A stretch of 64,000 bases of DNA, taken from the NCBI RefSeq assembly GCF_006345805.1, contig NC_043014.1:46314001-46378000 (forward strand), given 5' to 3'. Below, piece after piece: positions 1-13,000 of the stretch. The notes under the pieces were generated by a model. That model worked only from the letters and a program-made list of their open reading frames with translations. It searched no databases and had not been told where the DNA came from. A program made the position numbers and the translations under genes. This DNA comes from Octopus sinensis (taxonomy: Eukaryota). Positions within the stretch are counted from its first letter, which is position 1. Each line of letters starts with the position of its first letter.

Positions 1-480
1 AGAGAGAAAATCGTAGAAGAGACAGTGCTTAGGAGGAGGGTAATGGCAGAGAAATAGTGATGGGAACTACATGTTTGGTGGCATTCAGGTGTTTGGTTGA
101 TGGGAGGTTGTAGAAAGTAGCGATGGTAAGCCGGGAGGTGATGTATGCCGTTGATAAGAAAATTAGAGGGAAGGAGGGATGAAAGGATGGTGAAGTGAAA
201 ATCTCCCCTCCCGTCCCTTTCCCAAATTATTGCGATAAGGATGAGAGTTTTGTGGATGGTGACAAGAGTGAGCTGAAAGAGATCCAGTTGCTATCCTATG
301 TCATATACAGGTGACATGGCGCAGTGAATGTAAGGGCAAATGATAGTAAAAGAGAGGAGAGGGTGTCAAGGAGGCAGAGGGGCAGTTGCGAAAGGGTGGA
401 TGACAGATTAGCAAGAGGGTGTCGTAGAGACAGATTGGTGGTGGTTGAGGGTGAGTAGAGGCAGGGTGGCTGTTGTTGAG
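1..480 (-). mobile_element. Degenerate Penelope-like element (PLE) reverse-transcriptase fragment
   Basis: The frameshifted minus-strand translation (…LINGIHHLPAYHRYFL… / …PSTKHLNATKHVVP…) loosely follows the PLE RT C-terminal pattern (SVHYKPTDSHSYL…SHP..CK..IPYSQFL). Assigned by eye. Confidence 0.35.
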
Positions 481-710
481 AGCAACTCGGCCTTCATCAC
501 TACCTCTGTTTTCATGTTCCCATCACCATCCATGTTCAGGAAGGAACTGCATATTGTTAATTGTCACAGCCCCTTATCTCTTTCGTGAGTCTCAGCATCT
601 CAAGATCAGTCTTCATCACTTTGTCTCATGGCCTCCTTGGCCTCACTCATCCCTAGTTTCCATCTACTTTGAGCACTCAGCACTTTTATATATATATATT
701 TAAATATACA

Positions 711-943
711 TATTAGAGGGAAACCACTATGTGGACACCCATATGCTGGAAATAGATCCACTTTGGTCTTACCACTAAGAAATGTTCTCAAGAAAAATTT
801 AGCAAAACAACCAAAGCGTAATCGAGCGAGACAAAAGAAAAAGCAATAAAAATAATTTTTTCTTGAGAACATTTCTTAGTGGTAAGACCATAGCAGATCT
901 ATTTCTAGCATATGGGTATCCACATAGTGGTTTTCCTCTAATA
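711..943. repeat. Fold-back palindrome inserted in (TA)n, with termini TTAGAG..AAACCACTAT
   Basis: Arms of about 90 bp (711-800 vs 856-943) are reverse complements. The terminal motif is shared with the palindromes at 10815, 43796 and 53066. Confidence 0.8.
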
Positions 944-1059
944 TTTATATAATACAATTTTACTGAACCTTCAGTTTTTTTATATGCTAGACCACTGGTG
1001 TGAAATCGATGTTAATTAAATTAATATCTAATTTCTCACCCTCATTTTAAATTTATATT

Positions 1060-1090
<31 letters not shown>

Positions 1091-1129
1091 ATGCATATAT
1101 AATACTGCTGTCATTCTTACACATCATAA

Positions 1130-1660
1130 GCCCATACCAATGTAGTTTTTCTTTCCCCTCTTGCACATGACTTCATATTCCTCTAGTATCTAGTTTTTGT
1201 CTCAGTCCGTTCCTACACCATTGTCCATGCATACTGATTGTACACTTCTACACTTCCTGTAGTGCAAGTCTGTCTCGTTTCTTCCCCGTCTTCACAAACC
1301 CTCGGTATTCAAGGGCCACAATTTCACTCCGTGCGGCATTGCACCTCGTACATAAGCATCATAACCCTTCCCTTCACTCTGTCAAAGAAACCCTTTGTTA
1401 TCAGCAGATGCAAAAAGCTCTTTGAAAATTTCTTCTCTCCATCCCATTCTTACTATAGTTACTATGCTTTTCGGTACACCTAATTCCACTGCTAATTATG
1501 TCACCTGGGTGACACAAGCCATCTGTTAATTCTAAAGAGCTACCTTTGCATTTGAGAAAACCTCTTACACCTGTGCTCTTAATAATTACTAGACTTATGC
1601 ATATGCTACATATGAATTCTGTTTACACTATTAGCAGCCTGGTTGTGAACCCTTTGTATA
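1130..1660 (-). mobile_element. RTE-clade LINE ORF2 fragment (post-RT region), pseudogenised
   Basis: Minus-strand translation with frameshifts: …LELTDGLCHPGDIISSG…SIVTIVRMGWR..FKEL…KGRV.DAYVRGAMPHG…, matching the RTE motif LEVVDSFCYLGD…RIGWRKFRELLPLL…KGRLYDACVRSAMLHGSE. Confidence 0.7.
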
Positions 1661-1720
1661 TACTGTCTACTGTGTGTGTGTGTGTGTATGCATACATATT
1701 TACATATGAATATGTTTGTT

Positions 1721-1760
<40 letters not shown>

Positions 1761-2212
1761 TACATACATACATACATTATGGCTGCCCCCTCGTTATCGA
1801 GTATGGCCATTGCACGAAGCTTAACTGTTATTGGTGCTGTGATTGAATGTGACTTTTTAACCCAGCTAAAGATCTACAATGTCTTGTACAAAATTGGCAA
1901 CTAAAACCTTTACTGGTAATAGCTGGCTGTAGTTGTAACTACAGCTACATACATACATACATACACATATTCATATATGTATGTATGTATTTGAAGTGTA
2001 CATGATTGTGTGTGGGATTCCATTAATGTCTAGTTAGCATTTCTCTCTCTCTGTCACTTCCCTCTCCCTCTCTCTCTCTCATGCTTCTTTAATCCTACAG
2101 AAATACTCAAGCCATTCTACTTTCAGTCACAGATCTTCCACATTGAATGCCCAACCTCTGTGCCATTCCTGTGAAGTACCAACTTAACATGTCCTTTTGT
2201 ACACGAGAAATA

Positions 2213-2250
<38 letters not shown>

Positions 2251-2459
2251 GGTATAATAGAATGGAAGTGAGTCTCTGTGGTTAAAAAAATTTTACTTGA
2301 CAATAATACTTGGGAATCCCTTGCACAGTGGGGCTGTAGATATGCTAAGAGGAGTGATGTGCTGAGTGGAAATGGCACCTCACAGGGGACCCCTTGCTAA
2401 GGGAACTGATGTCCAATAAGGGTTTGGTGAAGCAATCAGACAAGCATCATGCAGTCTGT

Positions 2460-3240
2460 CTGATATAAATGGGAATTTCCGAGGGTGTATTTTACAAAGT
2501 GAATGTGGTTCAGTAAAGGTGCAGTGGAAGGGTCAGTTATATATAAAGAGGGGTGGTTAGGGTTGAATGAGGTGGATGGTGTTGGAGAGGATTTGACAGA
2601 TGTGCTGGAAAGTAGAGAGGTTTAGCAGCTGGGTTGATTGCAAAGGAGGGTGGTGTTGGAAAAGGGGACAGGTATGGCAGTTGGGTCAAGAGCAAAGAAG
2701 GGATCCTATTTGCCGGGCAAAGGATGGGGGTATGGAAGAGCCTGTAGAAGGTGCAGTGGAAGGGTCACTTATATATAAAGAGGGGTGGTTAGGGTTGAAT
2801 GAGGTGGGTGGTGTTGGAGAGGATTTGACAGGTGTGCTGGAAAGTAGAGAGATTTAGCAGCTGGGTTGATTGCAAAGGAGGGTGGTGTTGTAAAAAGGGG
2901 ACAGGTATGGCAGTTGGGTCGAGAGCAAAGAAGGGATACTGGTTGAGGGGCAAAGGATGGGGGTATGGAAGAGCCTGTAGATGAGTAGGTTATGTTGATT
3001 ACAGGTGTTTGAAGGAGGGAAGGGTGGTAGGAAGAGGGGAAAGGAAAGTAGTTATAGTTGGGGCAGGTACAGGAGGGGAGGATAGAGTTGTGGTTGACAT
3101 TGTGGGCAAAGATGGGGACAGATTGGACAAGGATAGCCAGGAATTATCCACAACACGGGAAATGTTGGACTATGTGTTAAGGTTGTCGCAAGGCAATGGT
3201 TGAAGCCATAGGAAACATTACCTTGCCTGGAAACAATTGA
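2460..3240 (-). mobile_element. Penelope-like element Zn-finger/GIY-YIG endonuclease remnant with an internal ~232 bp tandem duplication
   Basis: The minus strand encodes CSRPNCHTCP (CxxxxCxTCP motif) followed by LYISD (degenerate LYIGE). Units 2517-2748 and 2749-2980 are direct repeats. Confidence 0.6.
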
Positions 3241-3837
3241 GGGTTATTGACAGGAAGGATGTCCAGCTGTATGAATTCCATCTGACCCATGCAAGCATGG
3301 AAAAGTGAATGTTAAACACAAAAGTAGGCAGCCACATGGATTTGTGCTTCTGGCTCATTAATTAGTAGAAACACCATTATCGTTAGTCATAAACCCAAAA
3401 ATATGTGACCGTCTACTTTTGTGTTTCCCTGGGGTATACTCAAATAAAATCATGCCTGCTAAAACCTATTTGTGGGTCCAAAAAGTTAACCCTTTTGTTC
3501 GCATATTTCTGTTGAAATATGCTGCTTATTTTGTTTGAATTAATTTTGAAATTAATTTAGTAAAATTAACTTAGTAATTATTAAGCTGACTTTGCAACAT
3601 TAATTAACATGATATTTTGCTGAAAATTTTTTTTTAATTAATACCGCTTTAATCCTTTAACATTTAAACTGAACATGTCCAGCCAAAATGTTCTGTCTGT
3701 TTTATATATTTCAAACAGCCAGATCAGGCCTGTCACACCTACCCTACAATATCATTCTAAAAACATACTATTGCATTATCAAAATTGCAAAGCTATGAGA
3801 TAAGACATGATCAATTCAAAGCAAAGTGAATAGATAT

Positions 3838-4073
3838 TACCTATTTCTTTACTACCCACAAGGGGCTAAACACAGAGGAGACAAACAAGGACAGACAGAC
3901 AGATTAAGTCGATTATATCGACCCCAGTGCGTAACTGGTACTTAATTTATTGACCCCGAGAGGATGAAAGGTAAAGTCGACCTCGGCGGAATTTGAACTC
4001 AGAATGTAGTGGCAGACGGAATACTGCTAAGCATTTCGCCCGGCGTGCTAACGTTTCTGCCAGCTCGCCGCCT
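3838..4073 (-). mobile_element. tRNA-headed SINE, family B (working name)
   Basis: Head aaggcggcgagctggcagaaacgttagc…gagttcaaattccgcc (A/B-box-like), then central gtcgactttacctttcatcc…gtcgat, then tail ending aagaaatagg. More than 15 copies or fragments occur in the window. Confidence 0.85.
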
Positions 4074-4457
4074 AAATAGATATTACCTTTGACAGAGTAA
4101 TCTGAGTAGTTAAGGGTTAATACATTAGTTCTGTACCATAGAACCAGGGATGATCTCAGGTAGTATGGTATCAAAAGGATTAACAAAACATCTATTCTTT
4201 GCATATTATTTCATCACATCTCTTAATCCCCTTTTTACCACCCATTTTCTTTCAAATATATATTTATCATACTAGTAAGTGTGTATGTTAATTTGCTTAT
4301 TGGGATAATCCTTATAAAGCCAAATGCCGTAGTGTATTGTTACCCAAGTGCCTTGCTCAAACACATTGCGTGCTGCTCCAGTCGGGATTTGAACTCATGA
4401 CTTTATGATTGCGAGCCCAACACCCTAATCAATAAGCCACATACCCTCATATATATT

Positions 4458-4537
<80 letters not shown>

Positions 4538-4774
4538 TACACATGTAATTATACATTATTTGGCCAAGTCTACATTGAGTTTCACCTGTGGGTGCAGAGG
4601 ATCTTTAGGTGAGTTATAGCAGAACTTGGCTTATGGCCCTGTGCACCCATAGGCAAAAACTCAGTCACAAGGGACTGACTCAGCCATAATAAAGCATATA
4701 CTCAATCTCTGCTATGGTATCGAGTACTCTCTATTCTTTCTGACAGTCAACACTAAACAGGTATATACATATAT

Positions 4775-4807
<33 letters not shown>

Positions 4808-5378
4808 AGCAAATATATATGTGAATATGTGTGTGTATATAATATACATACATATATATATATACATACATATAATATACATATATATATATATATATAC
4901 ACACACCACACACATATATATATACATACATACATTATTATATATATGTATATATATATTATATATATATATAATATATATATATATATACACATACGTG
5001 TATGTATGTATGTGCATGCATATATATATATTATATATACATACATACATTATATATATATATATTGTATGTATATTTATATATATATATGAATAATGAT
5101 ATGTATAAGTTGTTGGTGTTTCCTGTTTGCATAGTTTACCATGCTTTTTGTCAAACTGTTTAATATGAAAACAAACCCTCGTGTCTTGCCTGACCAGTAT
5201 TTTAGCTGTGAAGCACCGATCGGAACTGAAATCTCTTTATCTACCTTTCAGATTTCGTCGTTGTTCTCTGTAATTTCTCTTGTTTCCTAGTTTTGTTTGC
5301 TTTTTCAGTATTAACTCTTTTAATGTTGTCCATTTCCAGCATTACCCATAACCCCCCCCCCCCCCACCCTGCACTATG

Positions 5379-5410
<32 letters not shown>

Positions 5411-5589
5411 TTTTTTTTTCGTATTATCTTAACCTTGCACTATGAAATGTTCATGTTTATAACCCCGAGGTGAAACTGATTTTGATGTCTTTTTTTTCTT
5501 TTGCCCTGTGACATATTAATGCTCTGCCGCGTCATCAGTGCAGTAGTCTGAAGCTGGCCCAATGGAAAAAGCAGCATCCGAATTCTTCA

Positions 5590-5850
5590 TTTGTGACATC
5601 ACTATGCAGTAGTGAAACACTAAGCCATACCGATATCATAACATTATTGCGATAATTCTTCACTATAACATAGTGATGTCACAAAGCTTTAATTGCTACA
5701 TAGTTACATCATAATGCTTATTTATGACATAGCTGCATCATAACTCTTCTATATGATGCATCAGTGTCATAATGCTTCACTATGACACAGCGGTTTTATA
5801 ATGCTTCACTTGGACATAGCCGCATTCAAAAATGCTTCCCCTGTGACACT
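5590..5850. repeat. Degenerate ~30 bp minisatellite (catagctgcatcataatgcttcactatga-like)
   Basis: About 6 diverged tandem units. An internal inverted repeat gtgacatcactatg/catagtgatgtcac is also present. Confidence 0.55.
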
Positions 5851-6123
5851 GGATCTTTATTTTTCTATATTGCCTTATTTTCAATGTGTGGTTTTGTGAT
5901 ACAGTGGAATCTTGGTTTACGAAAAAAATTTTTGAACACAAAACATCTTGGGTGACAGAACGGTGTCTTGAGTGACAAACACACAAGCTAGCACCAACGG
6001 TTGTCTACAAGTTTGGAGTATCAGCAGGAGACCATCAGCTGGTGTCAAATTTTATTTAGCTCAGTGCATATCCATGCTTGAATTCACCTTACCTTTTCTT
6101 GAATTTCCTATGGGAAAAATAGT

Positions 6124-6542
6124 GGATCTTTTCGGTTTGAACGGCAGTTTTTTCTAGCGGTGTCATATGAAATTGTCACCCATAATTATGACCCTAGTAT
6201 CGATCTATTGCATTTCAATCTGTTTTAGGGTTAGGGTTAGGGGTGGGGGGAAGGGTATCTTTTTTCTTCAGAAATGTAAATAAACCCAATCTGTTTCTTA
6301 AACGAGGGACATATTCATATGGCACAGAATGTTTTTTACCTCAATAGATGTCAGTGATTGGTTGAAATTGTAGAAATTGAAGAAAATAAAACAACAAATA
6401 TCTTACAAACTATAGAATTTTCTCAATAAAGCCAAGAGAAAAAGATATTTTTATAAACACATTCTACCAGTATACGAAGTTTAAAAGTGTTTAGTTACGT
6501 GGAAATTATTTTAAAAAACTGCCGTTCAAACGGAAAAGATCC
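6124..6542. mobile_element. Non-autonomous DNA transposon (MITE) with ~30 bp TIRs and 8 bp TSD; Merlin- or MULE-like
   Basis: TIRs GGATCTTTTCGGTTTGAACGGCAGTTTTTT / AAAAAACTGCCGTTCAAACGGAAAAGATCC. An exact TSD AAAATAGT lies at 6116-6123 and 6543-6550. The 5'-GG termini with an 8 bp TSD fit Merlin (inference). Confidence 0.85.
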
Positions 6543-7373
6543 AAAATAGTTTCAAATTTACAAATGTTTCAGGTGATGGACAGCCTTCAGGATTGAATTA
6601 AATTCGTAAACTGAGGTTCCACTGTGTTTTAATAATCTAGTTTGTCACAATGTTGCCATTGTGGCATCGTGTTATTTCAACATTCCATACTGATATGATG
6701 TCTTACAAAGATTTTAGCAATATCTTAGTTACTCTTTTGTATATGATGTTTGTTTTTTTGTTTTTTTCTATGTTGTAATGTTGTACTTATAACACCAGTC
6801 TCAGACTTAAACCCCCTAAAAACAAGTATGAAAACGACATGTAGTCCCCATATACATTGCCGTGTCCCCTTATACACTGCTGTGGCTGATGTCCTGAAGC
6901 ATCGTAGAGCACTCTTTCAATAACATCACAATATCGCACATGCATTATTATCATCATCATCATCAATGTGGAGGCACATTGCCTTGTGGTTAGAGCAGCG
7001 GACTCGCGGTCGAGGGATCGTGGGTTCGAATCTCAGACCGGGTGATGTGTGTGTTATGAGCGAAAACACCTAAAATACGTCTATAGATGGTAAAATATGG
7101 CCAGCAGCCACTACAGAGTGTGATTATCTGAAGCAGCTGTTGGCCACTTTTTTTCCGTCTCTAGGAGTATTTTTCTCAGCTGTTCTCCAGTGACTGAAAA
7201 TTTCTTGATTTCTAAGAAAATGTCAACTCATTTGAAGTGTCAATGTTTGTTTGTATATATAACAGACAAGGAATAGCACGATAAAATGTTACATAAATTT
7301 GATATTGAATGAACGAAAGAAAAGAAATTTAAAAAATAGAAAAGAAAAAGACGCTAATTAATCCACTTGCATT

Positions 7374-7614
7374 TGTGGGGCACATGGCCTAGTGGTTAGA
7401 GCAGCAGACTCGCGGTCGAGGGATCGTGGGTTTGAATCTCAGATCGGGTGATGTGTGCGTTTATGAGCGAAAACACCTAAGCTCCACGTGGCTCTGGCAG
7501 AAGGTAATGGCGAACTTCTGCTGACTCTTTCGCCACAACTTTCTCTCACTCTTTCCTCCTGCATCTTGCAGCTCACGTGCGACGGACTGGCGACCCGTCC
7601 AGGTGGGGAAACCT
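7374..7614 (+). mobile_element. tRNA-headed SINE, family C (working name), interrupted by a MITE
   Basis: Head tggcctagtggttagagcagcagactcgcggtcgagggatcgtgggtttgaatctc. Other copies lie at 6966-7075, 26300-26500, 34160-34380, 47975-48248 and 61615-61770. Confidence 0.8.
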
Positions 7615-7833
7615 TTAACCCTTTAGCTTTTAATCCGGCCAAAAGTATTCTGCCTGTTTTATGTTCAAACTGGCCAGATCTGGTCTCTCACACCAACCCT
7701 ACAATATCGCTTTAAAAATTAACAGCTACCTCATCACAATCTCATAGCTACAAGATAATGCATGTTTAGTTCAAAACAAAGTGGATGAAAAAGCATCAAT
7801 TTTTGCAGAATAATGCGAATACTAAAGAGTTAA
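7615..7833. mobile_element. piggyBac-like MITE (TTAA TSD)
   Basis: TTAA-CCCTTTAG … CTAAAGAG-TTAA. A related copy lies at about 3650-3830. Confidence 0.7.
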
Positions 7834-8044
7834 AGGCAACAGAACCACAGTCCAGGGGATAGAAACTAGGGAAAGCCCGAGACTATGTAGCAGCAGCTGC
7901 ACAACATACTGAACTGCATACCAGAAAGTATTCACACACACACACTAATAACCCCCACCCGTGTTCTGTCTGACTGGTGACTTAGTATTTCACTTTTTCC
8001 TTCATCATCTTCATTTTCTTCCTTTTTTTTTTTTCTCCCAACAG

Positions 8045-8313
8045 GTTACCTCGAAGAGGTCACAGGAGATGTGAATGCCACTTTTTACATGAGCGGCATC
8101 ATGCTCACACTGTCTGGCGTGATTTCGCTGCCCCTCAACCGACTCAAGAACTGGCAGATGCGGCGTGACCAACGAGACTTTGAAAGGCAGCAGCAGCAGT
8201 TCCAGCAGCAACAGCAGACTGCTGCTGCCGCCAAGAAAGAAAAGCAGCGGGCAATGATGCACGTCAAACAAGCCAACGGACTCCCTTCAGACAATGTCCC
8301 CCCTGTCACATAA
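8045..8313 (+). CDS. Terminal coding exon of an MFS monocarboxylate transporter (SLC16/MCT-like), last TM helix plus cytoplasmic tail
   Basis: A long polypyrimidine tract and CAG acceptor end at 8044, phase 1. Translation (G)YLEEVTGDVNATFYMSGIMLTLSGVISLPLNRLKNWQ…PPVT* matches the SLC16 G.L.D.TG.Y...FY..G...L.G TM12 pattern. Stop TAA at 8311-8313. Upstream exons were not found in the window. Confidence 0.75.
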
Positions 8314-8552
8314 TTTATCCATATTGGAGATCAACAGTGAGACGGGGTGGGGGGAAGGGGGGCTTGTTTTTTTTTTTTTTTCCTTTTTTTTTTTCGTTTA
8401 CTTTATTGTGGGGGAGTCGGGAAATGGTTTATGGAAAGAGGATTCTTGTTGTGTACCTCACCAAAAAAACAAAAAGATTTTTTCCCCCCCACTCCGCATC
8501 CACATGTACAAACACATGCATAGAAACATATCTATCTAGCTATCTATCTATC

Positions 8553-8605
<53 letters not shown>

Positions 8606-8836
8606 TGTGTGCATTATATATATAGTGTATGTATATAACATATGTTTCTGATTATTGCATACAGACAATACATTTGTGGGAGAGAAATAGAGAATTATAC
8701 AGTATATACTGTATATGTGAATATGCGGTATATATATAAATATATTTGTATGCATAAAAAAGTATATGTATATTTATGTACACACACACACATATGTATA
8801 TGTACATGCACATATTCATGTTTATGTGTGTGTGTG

Positions 8837-8874
<38 letters not shown>

Positions 8875-10757
8875 GTATATATGTCTTTGTGTACATATTT
8901 ATACATATATATACACAGACAAGAAAAAATCTTTAAAAATATAAAAAAATCCTACAAAGAAAGAGAAAAAAAAAAGAAAAAGAAACGAAACAAGAACCCC
9001 CCCGACCCCTCAGAATGTTTTATTGAAAAAAAAAAAAATTTATATCATAAATAGGGGGAAGTAATCCAGTAAATGGTTAAAAAAAAAAATAAGCAGAAAA
9101 AAAAAAACAAAATGAAACAAAAAAAAAACAGAAGGAAAATATGAAACTTATTTTCAGCAATCTTGGTAAGAGCTTCTGTTCTTCATATCTCAGAGAAATA
9201 TTTTCAAGTTCTACAGAAAAATTATATGGTTATATATAAATGGTGTGTGTGTGTCTGTGTGTGTGAATTATCCATAATTTTCTGAGTAGTATGTCTGTAT
9301 GAATATACATGTGTGTGTATGTTGGTGTGATACCACGGGTTGTATACCCTCCTCATGAGTAATATATATACATAAATACACACATAAATGCATACATTTT
9401 ATATATATTTATGTGCCCCAGCATGGCCACAGCTCATGAGCTGAAACTAGATAAAATAAAAAATATATAATGTATGTGTGTATACATATATATATAGATA
9501 ATGTATGTGTGTATACATATATATATATATATCTATATATATATATATATAGATAATGTATGTGTGTATACATATATATAAAATCAAAGTTTTTGTACAT
9601 TAACCATATGTAATTATACAGACACATATATATACATGTATGTATGTATGTATGTATATTTAGTTGCGTTTGCATTTGCAAACAATGGAAATTTCACCTA
9701 ATTGTTTTGTTTTGTTTCGGAGTTTTTTTTTCCATATGTATTTATGTATGCCTGTTTCCGTGTATGTACATATATATATGTGGGCATGTATGTATATTTG
9801 TGTAAACTACTTGTAATTTCCATGCGTGTTTATAGATGTGCCTGTACATTTATGTTTGTATGTATATATGTGTATGTGTGAGTGTGTATATATATGTATA
9901 TATATATGTGTATATATATATATATATATACATTAACTTGTGTATGCATAATGTTTGTTTATCTGTGGAAAACCCTTTTTTTTTTTACTGCTTCTACATT
10001 AAAATCAATATTAACAACATTGTTAAAAATGAAACATTTTTAAAACGATATGTATGGTTTGTATAAATGTATAATCTATCATATATATATATATATATAT
10101 ATATGTATGGATATATTTTGTGTGTGTGTTTGGTTATACATATTTACATGTATGCGTGTATGAGAGTGCATGCCTGTTAACAAAAAAAAAAGATGATCTC
10201 TTACACCCATTGTATGCTGTTTTAAGCTTTCATGGGTTGACTGTGTATGTAAATATACATTTTAACGCATGTGTATCTATATGCATACATATATGCATAT
10301 ATATATATATTGTGTGTGTGATTGGGTAAATTCTCACTCTTCATTCTCCCATCTCTGCCTCACCAAAATAAAGAAGAAAACAAAAAAAGAGCTGCCCACC
10401 CCTGCTTCTGTCACAGTAACTCAAACGGGATAGTCTGCGGGAATATATTTTTCTTAATTATCTTTGTCCAACTTGGGTCTGTATTCCCTAAAAGATATAT
10501 GGACAACATTCGTCGGAAAACTACTGGCTCTCTCTCTCTCTGCCACCCCCCAGCCCACCCTCCCAGTACTCCTGGATCACAATTATTGGATTACAATTAT
10601 CAAAGATGAAGAACTAAGTGCTAAAATGACCATGCTTTTAGTTGTGTGCTCTCTTATATACATGAGTAAGTGGACACGCATAAAAAAAAAAGGGCAACTC
10701 AGCAACTCAACAATACATTTAGTAGGATTGCATGTACTTTTTAAAAGTACATATATA

Positions 10758-10814
<57 letters not shown>

Positions 10815-10818
<4 letters not shown>

Positions 10819-11040
10819 TCAGAGATAAAACCACTATTAGGCAAATCAAACAGTGAAAAACATAAACCAAAACATAGAAATAAAATTAATTAATATATTG
10901 ATTTGCCTAATAGTGGTTTTATCTCTAATTTAATATATATATATATATAATATATTATATATATATATATATACTGTAAAATTAGATTTAATCATAAATC
11001 TAATTTTTCTTTGTAAGTTTGGATTACTCCCTAATATTAT
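10815..11040. mobile_element. Composite fold-back element: palindrome (10815-10932) plus ~70 bp adjacent module (10972-11040)
   Basis: The same two-part arrangement occurs at 53066-53370 and, inverted, at 43710-44047. Confidence 0.7.
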
Positions 11041-11043
11041 TAT

Positions 11044-11086
<43 letters not shown>

Positions 11087-11175
11087 ATATATATATACAC
11101 ACTATTTAAAACAGTGTGATTTGGCTCCATGCTACATCAAGTTTCACATGTTCCTATCAGGAGCTCGATTCCTTC

Positions 11176-11269
11176 AGGCTTCTAGAATGCTGAATGGAGA
11201 GACCCAGGAAGTCCAAGATGGTGACTGGATGAACTTCCTGGATCTCCGCATTCAGCATTCCAGAAACCT
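11176..11269. other. ~94 nt hairpin with a ~37 bp stem inside a TE-like segment
   Basis: aggcttctagaatgctgaatggagagacccaggaagt pairs with acttcctggatctccgcattcagcattccagaaacct. Confidence 0.7.
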
Positions 11270-11429
11270 AGGTATGACCATAAAAAATAACAAGGTAAAA
11301 GTTTTTATTTTTCATTCCCTTCAAAAACTGCTCTTAAAATGTGGTTTTGGTCGTTTTCACTGCTTCTTCTAGCCTGTAAAAATTACCTTTTATAGGTAGT
11401 TTTCTCTTGTGTTTAAATGTACACTATTT

Positions 11430-11466
<37 letters not shown>

Positions 11467-11826
11467 CTTTGGTCCTGGTAGGGTGTAAAGGTAGGGTATT
11501 TTCAGAGAAGCACTCAACCTAAACATGGGGCTAACACTTGGGTTTCCAACACTGACCAATGCCAGAATTCTTCAAGTGTAGAAAATGCTTGTTTCACAAA
11601 GGTCTCACTGTAATTTTTGAGTTTGGCAAATAATAAATTATAATCCAAATAATAAGACAAAGAAATTCTTTAAAACATCTTTAATGATTTCTTACAATGG
11701 TTTCTGTACCAATTCTGCTTGCAACGTAAACTGGCATTGCCATCAGAGTTAGTACAGAAGCAATTGTAACGTCCACTTAAAGATGTGTTAAAGAATTTCT
11801 TGGTCTTATTACTATTATTTGGTGTG

Positions 11827-11892
<66 letters not shown>

Positions 11893-12328
11893 TGCCCCAG
11901 CATGGCCGCAGCCTTCGTGCTAAAACATTTTTAAGGATTTAAGGAGATATATATATATATATATATAATGTGATATGTGTTTGTGTCCCCTAAAAGTAGG
12001 GAAGCCACCTAGTGTCAATAATGTTAAGAGTTTCACTAGGGAAGAAGCCTTAGGCTAGCAACAAACAAAACACCTTTTTCTCAGACATGACACCTCACCA
12101 CAAAGCCAACAGAGGTGCCGCAATGTGTTCACACGACTTACTAGAACTAGAAGCCAAATCTCCTTCAAGGATCATGCTCGATCATTGTATAAAAATGAGA
12201 CACACACTGAATAATGTATAGGTTGTAGTAATTGTAGTAGCAGTTCTAGTAATGGTACCAGATACACAGTGTTTGAGAAAAATAATCCAAAAAAGGCTGG
12301 ATTGTCGTGGCTGGTTCCCTTTTAATCA

Positions 12329-12560
12329 GGGCGGCAAGCTGGCAGAAGTGTTAGCACACCAGACGAAATGCGTAGCCATATTTCGTCTGCCATTACGTCC
12401 TGAGTTCAAATTCCGCCAAGGTCAACTTTGCCTTTCATCCTTTCGGGGTCGATAAATTAAGTACCAGTTACGCACTGGGGTCGATGTAATCGACTTAATC
12501 AGTTTGTCTGTCCTTCTTTGTTCTCTCTGTGTTTAGCCCCTTGTGGGTAGTAAATAAATA
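12329..12560 (+). mobile_element. SINE family B copy
   Basis: Same head, core and tail as the copy at 3838-4073. Confidence 0.85.
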
Positions 12561-12971
12561 AGTAGCTGTTCTGTGGGACTGACCAGGGTGGGGGTGGCTG
12601 GGAGGGGGGTCGTTGCCAAGCAACAACATACCTAAGAACGATTTCCTGATTAAACTAGACACAGATCTTCGCAGTCACAAGTAAGAAAGAGATGGGGAAT
12701 GAGAAGTTGTGGATTTCATGCTGTTGTATGTATGAGTGTGTGGTAAATGCATTACTAGTGATGACGACGATGTTGACGGTTCTGTCTGTCGCCTGTACTC
12801 TTCCTCTTTTCTTCTCGTCCCATTAAACCATTGCCGCCACCACCACCACACTTTGGTATTGCTGGTGGTGGTGTGGGGTGGTGGGGTTGGAGGTGGAGGG
12901 TGAATAAATAAACTAAACTAAATATTTGATTAAAAAAAATAATAATTAAAGCGAAAATAATTAATAATTAC

Positions 12972-13000
12972 CTGCATCTTCCCTCTCCTCCTAAATTCAT
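12972..13000 (-). CDS. Candidate 29 nt exon of an unidentified minus-strand gene
   Basis: Minus strand reads ttttttgttttctttgcag|ATGAATTTAGGAGGAGAGGGAAGATGCAG|gtaatt, with a strong acceptor and donor around a purine-rich core. No homology recognised. Confidence 0.35.

Noticed and set aside
4712-5096. YIYI/HTHT-type ORFs here and throughout, including the 400+ aa ORFs at 57064-58528
   Set aside because: They are translations of (TA)n, (CA)n, (TATG)n and minisatellites that lack stops by composition.
6225-6245. TTAGGG telomere-like repeats (also 50897-50920, 51228-51241 and ~59800)
   Set aside because: Only 2-3 units, and those at 6225 and 50897-51241 are internal parts of a MITE. Not an interstitial telomere.
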